Notes: generated by a model from the letters alone, not told the origin. Shown: positions 27,401 to 41,839, counted from the first letter of the stretch. The stretch is DNA of 64,000 nucleotides from Eledone cirrhosa (GCA_964016885.1 OZ024747.1:8494001-8558000), one strand, 5' to 3'. Program-made: numbers and translations.

Positions 27401-29550
27401 GTTCAATACTAAGCTACATGTGTGTGTGTGAGAAAGTGTTCAATACTAAGCTATATGTGTGTGTGTGAGAAAGTGTTCAATACTAAGCTATATGTGTGTG
27501 TGTGAGAAAGTGTTCAATACTAAGCTACATGTGTGTGTGTGAGAAAGTGTTCAATACTAAGCTATATGTGTGTGTGTGAGAAAGTGTTCAATACTAAGCT
27601 ACATGTGTGTGTGTGAGAAAGTGTTCAATACTAAGCTATATGTGTGTGTGTGAGAAAGTGTTCAATACTAAGCTATGTGTGTGTGTGAGAAAGTGTTCAA
27701 TACTAAGCTATATATGTGTGTGAGAAAGTGTTCAATACTAAGCTATATGTGTGTGTGTGAGAAAGTGTTCAATACTAAGCTATATATGTGTGTGTGAGAA
27801 AGTGTTCAATACTAAGCTATGTGTGTGTGTGAGAAAGTGTTCAATACTAAGCTATATATGTGTGTGAGAAAGTGTTCAATACTAAGCTATATATGTGTGT
27901 GAGAAAGTGTTCAATACTAAGCTATATGTGTGTGTGTGAGAAAGTGTTCAATACTAAGCTATATATGTGTGTGAGAAAGTGTTCAATACTAAGCTATATG
28001 TGTGTGTGTGAGAAAGTGTTCAATACTAAGCTATATATGTGTGTGAGAAAGTGTTCAATACTAAGCTATATGTGTGTGTGTGAGAAAGTGTTCAATACTA
28101 AGCTATATATGTGTGTGAGAAAGTGTTCAATACTAAGCTATATATGTGTGTGAGAAAGTGTTCAATACTAAGCTACATGTGTGTGTGTGAGAAAGTGTTC
28201 AATACTAAGCTATATATGTGTGTGAGAAAGTGTTCAATACTAAGCTACATGTGTGTGTGTGAGAAAGTGTTCAATACTAAGCTACATGTGTGTGTGTGAG
28301 AAAGTGTTCAATACTAAGCTATGTGTGTGTGTGAGAAAGTGTTCAATACTAAGCTATATATGTGTGTGAGAAAGTGTTCAATACTAAGCTATATGTGTGT
28401 GTGTGAGAAAGTGTTCAATACTAAGCTATATATGTGTGTGAGAAAGTGTTCAATACTAAGCTATATATGTGTGTGAGAAAGTGTTCAATACTAAGCTACA
28501 TGTGTGTGTGTGAGAAAGTGTTCAATACTAAGCTATATATGTGTGTGAGAAAGTGTTCAATACTAAGCTACATGTGTGTGTGTGAGAAAGTGTTCAATAC
28601 TAAGCTACATGTGTGTGTGTGAGAAAGTGTTCAATACTAAGCTATGTGTGTGTGTGAGAAAGTGTTCAATACTAAGCTATATATGTGTGTGAGAAAGTGT
28701 TCAATACTAAGCTATATGTGTGTGTGTGAGAAAGTGTTCAATACTAAGCTATATATGTGTGTGTGAGAAAGTGTTCAATACTAAGCTATGTGTGTGTGTG
28801 AGAAAGTGTTCAATACTAAGCTATATATGTGTGTGAGAAAGTGTTCAATACTAAGCTATATGTGTGTGTGTGAGAAAGTGTTCAATACTAAGCTACATGT
28901 GTGTGTGTGAGAAAGTGTTCAATACTAAGCTACATGTGTGTGTGTGAGAAAGTGTTCAATACTAAGCTATATGTGTGTGTGTGAGAAAGTGTTCAATACT
29001 AAGCTATATATGTGTGTGAGAAAGTGTTCAATACTAAGCTATATGTGTGTGTGTGAGAAAGTGTTCAATACTAAGCTACATGTGTGTGTGTGAGAAAGTG
29101 TTCAATACTAAGCTATATGTGTGTGTGTGAGAAAGTGTTCAATACTAAGCTATATGTGTGTGTGTGAGAAAGTGTTCAATACTAAGCTATGTGTGCGTGT
29201 GAGAAAGTGTTCAATACTAAGCTATATGTGTGTGTGTGAGAAAGTGTTCAATACTAAGCTATGTGTGTGTGAGAAAGTGTTCAATACTAAGCTATATGTG
29301 TGTGTGTGAGAAAGTGTTCAATACTAAGCTATATGTGTGTGTGTGAGAAAGTGTTCAATACTAAGCTATGTGTGTGTGAGAAAGTGTTCAATGCTAAGCT
29401 ATATATGTGTGTGTGAGAAAGTGTTCAATACTAAGCTATGTGTGCGTGTGAGAAAGTGTTCAATACTAAGCTATATATGTGTGTGTGAGAAAGTGTTCAA
29501 TACTAAGCTATATATGTGTGTGTGAGAAAGTGTTCAATACTAAGCTATAC

Positions 29551-29587
<37 letters not shown>

Positions 29588-29640
29588 AGAGAAGTGTTCA
29601 ATGCTATGCTATATATGTTTGTGAGTTTTCAATGCTAAGC

Positions 29641-29672
<32 letters not shown>

Positions 29673-29692
29673 AGAAAGCGTTCCATGCTATG

Positions 29693-29700
<8 letters not shown>
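24428..29700. repeat. 35-39-bp satellite gagaaagtgttcaatactaagcta + (TA/CA)(TG)n, about 135 copies
   Basis: Direct inspection. Confidence 0.97.
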
Positions 29701-29730
<30 letters not shown>

Positions 29731-29734
29731 ATGT

Positions 29735-30518
29735 GTGTAAGAAAGTGTCCAATGCCAACCTATATATATATAAACGTTTGTATATGTATAATAAAGCCAA
29801 AACAATTCAGGTGTGGACATAGAATAAAGAATGCAAATGCAAAAGATATTGTTGACAATTAGTCTTTTACCTTAGATTTATTTAAATGTCCTTAATTTTC
29901 GAGATAATATCTCTTCTTCGGAGGGAAGTAAAGAGGTTAAACCAGTGTTCTAAATAGCTTGCCAAGTCATGCTGACAGGAAATATATATATAAATGTGTG
30001 TGTGTGTATGTGTGTGTGTAAGAAAGTGTTCAATGCCAACCTATATATATATATGTGTGTATGTGTGTGTGTAAGAAAGTGTCCAATGCCAACCTATATA
30101 TATATATGTGTGTATGTGTGTGTGTAAGAAAGTGTCCAATGCCAACCTATATATATATATGTGTGTATGTGTGTGTGTAAGAAAGTGTCCAATGCCAACC
30201 TATATATATATATGTGTGTATGTGTGTGTGTAAGAAAGTGTCCAATGCCAACCTATATATATATGTGTGTGTATGTGTGTGTGTAAGAAAGTGTCCAATG
30301 CCAACCTATATATATATATGTGTGTATGTGTGTGTGTAAGAAAGTGTCCAATGCCAACCTATATATATATGTGTGTATGTGTGTGTGTGTGTAAGAAAGT
30401 GTCCAATGCCAACCTATATATATATGTGTATATGTGTGTGTGTAAGAAAGTGTCCAATGTCAACCTATATATATATATGTGTGTATGTGTGTGTGTAAGA
30501 AAGTGTCCAATGCCAACC

Positions 30519-30553
<35 letters not shown>

Positions 30554-30953
30554 AAGAAAGTGTCCAATGTCAACCTATATATATATATGTGTGTATGTGT
30601 GTGTGTGTAAGAAAGTGTCCAATTCCAACCTATATATATATATGTGTGTATGTGTGTGTGTGTGTGTAAGAAAGTGTCCAATGCCAACATATATATATAT
30701 ATGTATGTGTGTGTGTGTGTAAGAAAGTGTCCAATGCCAACCTATATATATATATGTGTGTATGTGTGTGTGTAAGAAAGTGTCCAATGCCAACCTATAT
30801 ATATATATGTGTGTATGTGTGTGTGTAAGAAAGTGTCCAATGCCAACCTATATATATATATGTGTGTATGTGTGTGTGTAAGAAAGTGTCCAATGCCAAC
30901 CTATATATATATGTGTGTGTATGTGTGTGTGTAAGAAAGTGTCCAATGCCAAC

Positions 30954-30987
<34 letters not shown>

Positions 30988-31047
30988 AAGAAAGTGTCCA
31001 ATGCCAACCTATATATATATGTGTATGTGTATGTGTGTGTGAGAAAG
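29735..31047. repeat. Related ~45-55-bp satellite aagaaagtgtccaatgccaaccta + (TA)n(TG)n
   Basis: Core differs from the preceding array at a few fixed positions; interrupted by a unique insert at about 29775-29980. Confidence 0.93.
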
Positions 31048-31646
31048 ACATAAATTAGTGTGCAATCACAGCTATAAAACCAGTGAGAGATAGAGTTCTT
31101 AATAAACTGTGTCAGTATGGCTGAACATTTATTAACTATCAATGGAAAAAATCTCTGGAGACATTTTTCATGATAGACATATGGGAATTAGTTTTGTCTG
31201 TTTAATGAATGAAACAGCTTCCATAGTGTGGCGCTAGTGTTGCCTCTCTTTACTGCAACACTTTTCAAATTCAGAATTAGTAATTTTCACTTTCTGGTGA
31301 TAATACTTTTCTTTGTATTATGTCTCAAATGCAAATATATATATATATATATAAATTAATATGTAAGTGATGAAACACAGATACCAACACATCTGTATAT
31401 ATATTGCAAAAGAAAAATTTAGCCAGATTGAAGTATACTAATTATTATACTACAGCTTGTCCATATCGATTAATAAATCAACGGAGACGAACTGTATTGC
31501 CAAAAGGCCGTGATGTTTAGACACATTTAAATTTCAAAATCAAACCTGTTCCGTAGATAAGTTTAAACTTTAAGATCCAAATATGTTTCGAGTTAAATAA
31601 GTGTAGGATTCGAGCTGATTCCATTGTAAAAGAATTCATTACCTTA

Positions 31647-33588
<1,942 letters not shown>

Positions 33589-33799
33589 AAAATATTCAAA
33601 TATTTGAAACTTGGCACAAATATAATCTTTCTTCTAAAAATCAATATTTTTAAATGTAAGAAGAAAAGTGAAATTTTTGTAGTAAGAAAAAATAGAGGAA
33701 TCAACTATATTATGAAATAAAATGAATCCAAGGGGACCTGGAAACTGATCTCTGATCTTTATCAGGAGAATGACAACAGCCTGAGACAGTCTTATACGC

Positions 33800-33995
33800 A
33801 ATAATAATAATTGTTTCTACGTTTGGCACAAGGCCAGCAAATACCCAGTGCATTACTGGTACTTTATTTTATCGACCCCGTAAGGATGAAAGGCAAAGTT
33901 AAACTTGGCGGGGTTTGAACTCAGAATGGCAAGGGCCGTAACTCTATACATCAAAACATGGTGTCCGACCCTCTACCAATACTGCCAATCCACCG
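33800..33995 (-). mobile_element. Second SINE family copy
   Basis: Near-identical to 51005-51172 and 20259-20448. Confidence 0.8.
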
Positions 33996-34039
33996 AATAA
34001 TAAGGAAGAGATGGTGACAAAGAAGAAGAAGTAGAAGAA

Positions 34040-34300
34040 TAGTCCCTTTGATACAAGAGTACAAGAAAAGGAGAAGGAGAACATTAACTGGTCTAAAGTG
34101 AGATCTAAAGGGAGACTGTCATGAGATCAAGGTGATCCCTATCATCATAAGAGCAATAGGTACTATCGCAAAGAGTTTCCAAGGCTGGTTAAAGAACATC
34201 AGCCCAGCTTTCTTTTTTGGAATAGTCCAGAAGGCTTACTGGGAACAGCAAAGACCCTCAGATACGTCCTGAATATCTGAGGCTGCAGGTAGCAGCTTGA
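34040..34300 (+). mobile_element. C-terminal restriction-like endonuclease remnant of an R4/Dong-like non-LTR element
   Basis: PFDTRVQEKEKE...IKVIPIIIRAIGTIAKSFQGWL...LLGTAKTLRYVLNI*. Confidence 0.75.
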
Positions 34301-36016
34301 TGTTCATTTGGGGAAATTTTTGAGTTAAACAACATCAATGACTGAGATACCAAATTAATGTTAATACCAATAATAAGAAGAAGACTATAATTATTTTAAC
34401 TTATATATTCATAGACAGATTATATTCAAGAGAGATATTTCAAAGTAAATTCCATGTATTTCAAAGAACTGATAAATTCTCCCTGAAGCTTATCTCAGAA
34501 TAGTTTAACTAATGTAATTCAATAGCTTGATCTTGTTGATCGAAATGTCAAATCTTTACTAAACATCCAAGGTTACTCGGGTGGTGAAGATGTGAGGATG
34601 GGGTGTATTTTTAAGTTCTAGAATTACACATAAAGTTGCACGTAGAAGCATACAAATGCTTCAAATATTTAAATAATTTAATAATGTTTTTTTGATTTAG
34701 GTACAAGGCTAACTAATTTTGGGTGGAGGGGAAAATCAATGAAATCGACCCCAGTGCATATCTGGTACTTTATTTTATCGACCTTGTAAGGTCAATTTGT
34801 GTCTCGTCTTTTTTAGGTCAAAAAATAAATATCAATTCAGTTCTCTTTCTCTCTCTCACACTCTCCTCTCCCATACACACACTCACACACACACTCACTC
34901 ACTCTCTCTCTCTCACACACTCACACACACACTTTCACTCACTCACACAAATTGGCTGTGTTGAGAACTGCAGAGGGGTGGCCTTTAGGAGGGGTTTAAT
35001 ATGCCCAAGACAGACCATATATCACAACAGCCCCTCTATGATTCCATCAAGGGTAATGGGTTTATACATACAAACTTGTTTGAGATACCATTTGTGTGTT
35101 GAAACTGAAGCAATTACATCATCAAAGAGTCATTTTGATCTGGAGCCTCTGTACACAAAAGTAAACATATACTACAAATGTTTAAATAATTTAATAACAA
35201 GCAATCACATCTTATTTTGGGGTTGTTTATCTATGACGATTGTTTAGTCAATTTAACAGTGTCATTAGAGTGTTGGATATTTTTTCTGGGTGTCTTTGTC
35301 CTGGGTTTGAATCCCGCCAAAGTCCACTTTCCAAGTCATCCTTTCAAGGTTGTTAAAAAAAAACAGTAACAGGCCAGTGCTGGCACAATCTTTTCTCATC
35401 AGTCTTTCATCGGTCTCAAGATCTGAAAAGGGTCATGAGCTCAGGCCTTTCCTCTCTAATTTAACAGTAAAAAAAAAAAAGAAAGATTGGTATCTTAGAG
35501 AATACTAGTAACTCTTGGAAGTAGTTATGTAAAAGAGGTATCTGTAGTTTATTTTATAGGATATTGCAGTATTTAATTACCAGTAACCCATATTTTGACT
35601 CTGTTTATAATATGCAGCCTGTATCAGTAATTCTGCTTCCAAAAGTCTAAATGGGACCATAAATTTTATTAAATCAAAATTTTGTATTTAGTTGCCTATA
35701 TTTGTATACAGGAAGAGATGGGAAAAGAGAAAAAAGATGAGAGAGAAAAAGAAAAAAATTCTTTTGAAGAAATGGTGTTGGTGCAAACTTGGCTGGATGG
35801 TACATCTCAGTTGTCCTCCATAGACAAGATAAAGAAAGCATTGCTGTGGGGAACAGCCAGCAATGCCCTCTATATCTGCTGTTCCAGCTCAAGGGGAGCT
35901 CCTTCCTCAGGTGAGATACCTTCCAATTGATTTTGCTGTGGAAAAAGCCTGGACTCTAGCCGTATCCTTGTGAACTGGTAAAAATGGTGAAGTTAAAGAA
36001 ATATTTTGATATTTAC

Positions 36017-36172
36017 CGGAGCAGCTCTTTGGAACTCCACTGGGGTAGAAGAAGCTATCCATTCATTTTGTGGTTCTAACACAAAGTAGAACTGACTGGA
36101 AGAATCTATCAACTGGGATTCCGTATTTCTTCTTTCATTTAAATTTCTTGTTATGGCAGCTGAATTGCGGGT
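36017..36172 (-). CDS. Internal coding exon, repeat module copy B (156 nt, phase 0-0): TRNSAAITRNLNERRNTESQLIDSSSQFYFVLEPQNEWIASSTPVEFQRAAP
   Basis: Acceptor atcttctacag| and donor ccg|gtaaat; 52 open codons; the 30-aa core is identical to copy C although 16 of its 30 codons differ, all synonymously. Confidence 0.92.
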
Positions 36173-37022
36173 CTGTAGAAGATATGGAATACAAGAATAA
36201 ATAAATTTGTTGACAGGACATGAAATATTTCTATAAACTCTGAAACTGACTGGATATTAACTGAATGAAATTGATATATACACATTCAAAGTTGAATGAA
36301 ATTCATATCCAATCAAATCGAGGGTCTTCTCACCCCTGTCGGAGGAACCCCTCCCTGGTTGACCTCCATAGCTTTTGGTTTTGGTCATGTCTTCAGGGGT
36401 GTAGCTGTATTCACCATGCTTGGCCAATTGCAGGTTGGTGAAGCTATTTAACCCATATTTAGGGTGAATGACTCTGAGGAAAGTGATATATATACATCTA
36501 ACCCATGCTAGCATGGAAGATGGACGTTAAACGAAGATGATGATGATGATGATGACATACAAAATTGTGTGCTAAGTTATATTTGTATATATACAGAACA
36601 GAGGTAACTGCGATGGCATAAATGTGACTATAAATTTACACATTTTTTATATATACAAGTAAAGCTGTCAAAAGCATGACTAAAGGAGTGATAAATATAA
36701 ATTCATTGTTGTATGACAGATATTGTGCTATGATAAAATGTACTCAGCCCCCTTTACAAAGTCGTAGTGTTACTACCACACAAAAAAGTACCCATTCCAC
36801 CCTATCTTGTGATAGTGGTGGTGCCATGAGAAAACGAACACATTGTATGTCCCAAAGGAAGTAGTATTAGAAAGGTCATCTGGCCATAGAAACCATACCA
36901 AAATGGAATATATGAGCAAGACACAGTCATCTGATCTGCCTGCCTAGCCTCAGAATCTAATAACCCATCACACCCATACAAGCATGGAAAATAAACATAA
37001 AAGGGTGATTATGATGATGATG

Positions 37023-37063
<41 letters not shown>

Positions 37064-37098
37064 TTATTTAATTATATAATAAACAACACAATATAATT

Positions 37099-37170
37099 AT
37101 TCCATTACCTAAGGTTTCATGAAACTAGAAGATCTTAACAGAAACGTCTAGTATACTCATCAGATGAAAT
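37099..37170 (-). ncRNA. Minimal type I hammerhead ribozyme motif
   Basis: Minus strand reads atttcat CTGATGA gtat-actaga...tctagt-ttcat GAAA cc tta gg TA atggaat: 7-bp stem I with one G-U pair, GUA triplet. Confidence 0.72.
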
Positions 37171-37179
37171 ATATATATA

Positions 37180-37529
37180 TCATCATCATCATCATCATCA
37201 TTTCATTTTACGTCCGCTTTTCCCTGCTTGCAAGGGTGGGACAGTTACTGATGCTGGCTTGATTTCTACAGCTGGATGCCCTTCCTAACACCAACCTCAT
37301 TTACAGTGAGTGCTGGGTGCTTTTTTTCCCGTGGCACCTCCACGACCACTTTGCAGTGGAATGATATGGACCCCAGTCCCTATCATCTCATTTCTACAGC
37401 TGAGTAAACTGGAGCAATGTGAAATAAAGTGTCTTGCTCAAGGAAACAACACATCACCCGGTCTGAGAATTGAACTCACAACCTTTCGATTGTAAGGCCA
37501 ATGCTCTAACCACTAAGCCATGTGCCTCC
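37180..37529 (-). mobile_element. Same SINE family, full-length copy
   Basis: Near-identical to 32543-32891. Confidence 0.85.
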
Positions 37530-38136
37530 ATTTGTATATATATAAATTACTAAAAACAATGACTAAAAACAAAGAAACAGTTCCTTATATTAAAAAATTC
37601 ATCATTTTACGATCGTTTCTATGATATATATGTGTGTGTTGGTATGTATATCATATAGATCTATGTAAAAATTTAACAAACTATCAGAGGAAAATATACA
37701 TACCTTCACATATATATGCTATCTTCAGAAATAATTTTATATATATATACAGAAAGAAAGAGCGAGAGATTTTGCTGTGCAAATAGGAGAGCCGAAGCTC
37801 AATACATGGCTAGAATGATGTTTGATATATTATAGCTATAGTAGAAGACATTTATTTAAAGGGCTACCCAGTGAGAGATTCAACCTGAAACTATGTGGTT
37901 ATAAAGTAAACCTCTTAACCCCACAGTCATATGTCTATGCCATGAAGCCATGCCTGCATCAAAATATCTGTTTGAATGTGTATGTTTGTGTATGAGTGTG
38001 TGTGTGTGTGTGTGTACGTAAAAAGGTGCAAGCATGACTGCGTGTTTACTTCAAAATCATATAGTTTTGGGTTAGGTCCCACTCTGTAACCTTGTAGGTG
38101 AAATTTGATGGATGGAAACTATGTAGAAGCCCCTTG

Positions 38137-38171
<35 letters not shown>

Positions 38172-38384
38172 GTATGTATGTGTATGTTTGCCTGCGTATA
38201 TCTACACCATTTAACAACCAGTGCTGTTTATGTCCCATAATATAGAAGTTTGATACAAAGAGATTAATAAAATTAGTACCAGACTTGAAAATATATGTAT
38301 TAGGGGTCAAAATAATTGAAGGTGAAGCCTCATTAAGGCTACAGTTTAATGACTGAAACCAGTAAATGAATAAAAGAATATATA

Positions 38385-39160
38385 CAGGGTTGGGGGAAAG
38401 AAACTCCCTATTTAAAATTGTTAATAACTTTATTAATTATTGGTCGATTTTCGTATAATGGTAGAAGTAGAGTACAGTGTTAAAATTCTACATAGGTACC
38501 AGTGTTGTCTGTCAGTATTTGTAATTATCTAGGTATATCCTCAACTATGAAGGCTTAGTGGTTAGAGCATTGGGTTTGCAACCTAAAGGTTGTGAATTCA
38601 ATTCCCAGACCGGGTGATGTGTTGCTTCCTTGAGCAAGACACTTTATTTCACGTTGCTCCAGTTTACTCAGCTGTAGAAATGAGATGATAGGACTGGGGT
38701 CCCTATCATTAAATCACCAAAGACACCTCCAACGAGATATACCTTGGAGGAGGCCAGCTAAACTTGCATAGGTGTGAGCTGTAACAACAACAACAACGAC
38801 AATCTGCAACTAGTTACATCAGAAACTCAGGTGGTATGTTAGTCACTATATGATGGATGTGTTCCTCTAATTGAGTCAGAGTTTTGGGTTTTGAGCTATA
38901 AACTTCTTCCTTCACCCACCCCCACAGGAAAATCACATGGCATTAAGTCAGGGCTTCTTGCTTGCCTTTCATGTGGGACTCCATGACCCAGCCAACATTC
39001 TGGAAATAGGACATGAAACCACACATGGACAGTGCATGCAAAATGAGGAGGGGACCCCATCTTGCATGAATATGAGGTCCTTGATGTTGTCCCAAAGTGG
39101 TCCCAGTGGGCCAAAAGTTATATGTAATTTTCAATGGGGAGTTTCTTTCCACCTACCCTG
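38385..39160 (-). mobile_element. Internally deleted Tc1/mariner DNA transposon with TA target duplication and a nested SINE (38553-38710)
   Basis: TIRs CAGGGT(T/A)GG(G/T)GGAAAGAAACTCCCC at both ends, each flanked by TA; minus ORF 38896-39114 GSPPHFA..FPECWLG..ARSPDLMPCDF matches the transposase motifs QDGAPPH and WPARSPDLxPCDF. Confidence 0.88.
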
Positions 39161-39177
39161 TACATCTACATTCATAC

Positions 39178-39321
39178 TGCTATTCTGTTAATGTCCATAT
39201 CCATAGATCTGTGAGTTATTTCGATTCCAGAAAATTCCACTAGAGTTATTGTATGTGCAACATAGATTATTAGTTTGAGGGTGTTATGAGGAGAGGAGAA
39301 AATTATTAACTTGAGAGTTGG
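39178..39321 (-). CDS. Possible additional exon (144 nt, open only in phase 0): PTLKLIIFSSPHNTLKLIIYVAHTITLVEFSGIEITHRSMDMDINRIA
   Basis: Strong acceptor ttctctttcttactttcag|, weak donor gca|gtatga; no paralog or recognisable motif. Confidence 0.25.
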
Positions 39322-39625
39322 CTGAAAGTAAGAAAGAGAAGCTATATAACTATATAGCTGTACATCATTTGATAATGAGCCAAAAGGGTTTATGAGTGGA
39401 AACTGAAGTTAAATGAATCAGACTGAAATATTCTGTGCTAGCTTCAACTATGTTTTGTTGTGGTTCTATCTCTGTTTAGGTTTCACTAACTCTATATAAT
39501 GTGCTTTGTATATATTAGCGGTTCCCAACAAGGGTTTATAGGGCCTTTGTGGTCCACAAATGTAGTATGAGGGTCTGAGTACTAAGTACAAAATTTCAAG
39601 TATTTTGTTATAAACATAGTAAAAG

Positions 39626-39960
39626 GGTACAGATACCCTTCGGTCACATATGACATGGAATTTGTACCTAGAAAGTTCTCCTCCAGGGTATAAGTCCGGG
39701 GATGGTTGTTTGTGGAAGACCAGCAGTCGCCCAAGCTTGCCAGTCTCCCATCTCCATGCCACCGATGCTGTCTAAGGAAAAGACAATGGCTGATACAGCT
39801 TGGCACCAGTGTCATCGCAACTTGTTTCTACAGCTGAGTAAACTGGAGCAACATGAAATAAAGTGTCTTGCTCAAGGATACAACACATTACCCAGTCTTA
39901 GATCGAACTCACAGCCCCTCAATTGCAAGCCCAATGCTCTAACCACTAAGCTGTACACCT
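39626..39960 (-). mobile_element. Related tRNA/CORE-like SINE with a different 3' tail
   Basis: Shares the head and ccttgagcaagacactttatttca block; tail ...gaccgaagggtatctgtaccc differs. Confidence 0.7.
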
Positions 39961-41052
39961 TCATATAAACAAAGTATACACACATTATTGGGTGTGTCCC
40001 TTCATTAAGTATAAACATTTCTTTCTTTTGATTGTTATTCTCACTGCACCTATTACAGTGCATTTGTTACACTGCACTTGTTACACTGTATCTGTTAAAA
40101 TGCACCTTTTACATTGCAGTAGTTGCATATAAACCTATAGTACATACAGTGTGTTAGTCATGTTACACTGCAGTTACATTTAAACAAATAATGCATACAG
40201 TGTATTAATCATACTGACTTAGATACATCGACAGCAACACTTCTATCAATAGTAACACTACTGCACTCTATACTGCAGTAGCAACCACACAGCAGCAATT
40301 GCACATTGGTAGCTACACAGCAACTACTGTATGCTATGTCACAGGTCCTTAGCTCCTCGTGGAGTCGTATAGGTGTCAGAGAGAAAGAGAGAGAGAGTGA
40401 TAAAGTGATATAAGGGAAGAATTAACCTCAGAACTAGACTAATACTTTATTTATTGATCTCAAAAGAGTGGAAGACAAAGTTGACATCAGTGTGATTTGA
40501 ACGCAGAGTACAGAACGCAGAGTACAGAACGCAGAGTACAGAACGCAGAGTACAGAACGCAGAGTACAGAACGCAGAGTACAGAACGCAGAAGCAAATAC
40601 CTCAAAGAATTCTATCCAACATTTTAGTGACTCTGCCAATTTGCTACCCTAGAATATATGCTATGCTATGTTAAATACGTAGTCAGAGCCTATACGAGAA
40701 GATAAGTTGGTGGAAAGGAAGTTTCAGTTGATACATTAATCAGGGCTCTTGGAGGACCAAGAAGGGGCCTAGAAAAATGACCAAAACTCTCAGACATCCT
40801 TGAATTTTGAGAGCAGTCCCTCTATTCTGGGACCCTGGAAGTAGTTATATTTTACCCTGTGAAAGTTCTTTTGAAGGCGATGTCTAGAATATTGATGGAA
40901 AACTGAAAGCATCAAACTCAGAGTAGTAAGAAAGGGAAAACTCAGCTTCAAGTGTATGTGTGTGTATATGTGTGTGAGTGTGTATAAATAGATAGATAGA
41001 CTGACAGACATACAGATAGATAGCTAGATGGGATCTACATACATGCATATAA

Positions 41053-41102
<50 letters not shown>

Positions 41103-41160
41103 AAGGCTCTGATACCATCAACACTATACACACAGAGCTGGCATATCTAAGAACTGACTA

Positions 41161-41216
41161 ACTGCCTGATGAGGTCATAGCCATTCAATGGCTATCATCG
41201 AAATATATATAGCAGT
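41161..41216 (+). ncRNA. Minimal type I hammerhead ribozyme motif (Penelope-like element/retrozyme type)
   Basis: actgc CTGATGA ggtc-atagcca ttcaa tggctat-catc GAAA t atat a TA gcagt: stem I actgc/gcagt, intact core boxes, stem II hairpin, short stem III with palindromic loop, AUA cleavage triplet. Confidence 0.8.
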
Positions 41217-41255
41217 AAATAAAGGATTATGAGTTCATGCAATTGACCTGTTTCG

Positions 41256-41291
<36 letters not shown>

Positions 41292-41318
41292 AAGTACCAG
41301 TAGTAGGCAGAGGGAAGC

Positions 41319-41362
41319 ATTGTCCTGACAAGGACCATTTAAGTTCGAAATGCATTGACAAT
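41319..41362 (+). ncRNA. Minimal hammerhead ribozyme motif with a core substitution (CUGACAA)
   Basis: attgtc CTGACAA ggac catttaa gttc GAAA tgca TT gacaat: 6-bp stem I and palindromic tgca loop; G8 is replaced by A, so it is probably impaired. Confidence 0.6.
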
Positions 41363-41692
41363 TATACCCCTTGCTTCTGATGGATTCCACTAGACGGCGC
41401 TGGCTGTCAGCCTTCTATTCATAGCTGAGGCTTTCAAAATGTTTATTTATTAAACATACTGTTTATCTTTAGATGTTCGAAATATATATATGTATATATA
41501 CAGCATAGAAAGGGAGAGAGAGGAAGGGAGAGAGAGAAAGAGGGACAGATGAATATAGTGGAAGTGGAAAACACAATGAGGTTTACAATAATGAAAATGC
41601 CTCTGTGAATGTGTAAAGAAAGAAAGTTTTCAAAGGTGATATTGAGATATTTCTCCTGATAAACAGGTTAATTAAAATGAACAGTAATTTAC

Positions 41693-41839
41693 CTGTGGCA
41701 GACTTCTTGATGTTGTTGAAGCAATCCATTCATTCTGTGGCTCCAGAACAAAATAAAACTGACTGGCTGATTTCATCAAATGAGAATCAGTGTGTCTCTT
41801 TTGGTTCCGATTCCGTGGTATGGCAGCATAGCTTTTGGT
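41693..41839 (-). CDS. Internal coding exon, repeat module copy A (147 nt, phase 0-0): TKSYAAIPRNRNQKRHTDSHLMKSASQFYFVLEPQNEWIASTTSRSLPQ
   Basis: Minus-strand acceptor ttctattttcag| and donor cag|gtaaat; 49 open codons; paralogous to the exons at 36017-36172 and 22339-22494 with SQFYFVLEPQNEW identical. Confidence 0.9.

Noticed and set aside
29870-29972. Minus-strand exon ending at aag|gtaaaa
   Set aside because: The candidate acceptor/frame combinations I checked hit stops; it contains a decayed hammerhead (ccgaaga..gagat att atctc gaaa) and is more likely a PLE fragment.
24428-31047. CRISPR-like repeat-spacer appearance
   Set aside because: The spacers are only (TA)/(TG) microsatellites rather than unique sequences; there are no cas genes and the context is eukaryotic.
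35712-35910. Plus-strand exon-like segment (tacag|...tcag|gtgaga)
   Set aside because: KKALLWGTA resembles the C-terminus of RLE-type LINEs (compare 34225-34280); it is on the opposite strand to the gene and has no partner exons.
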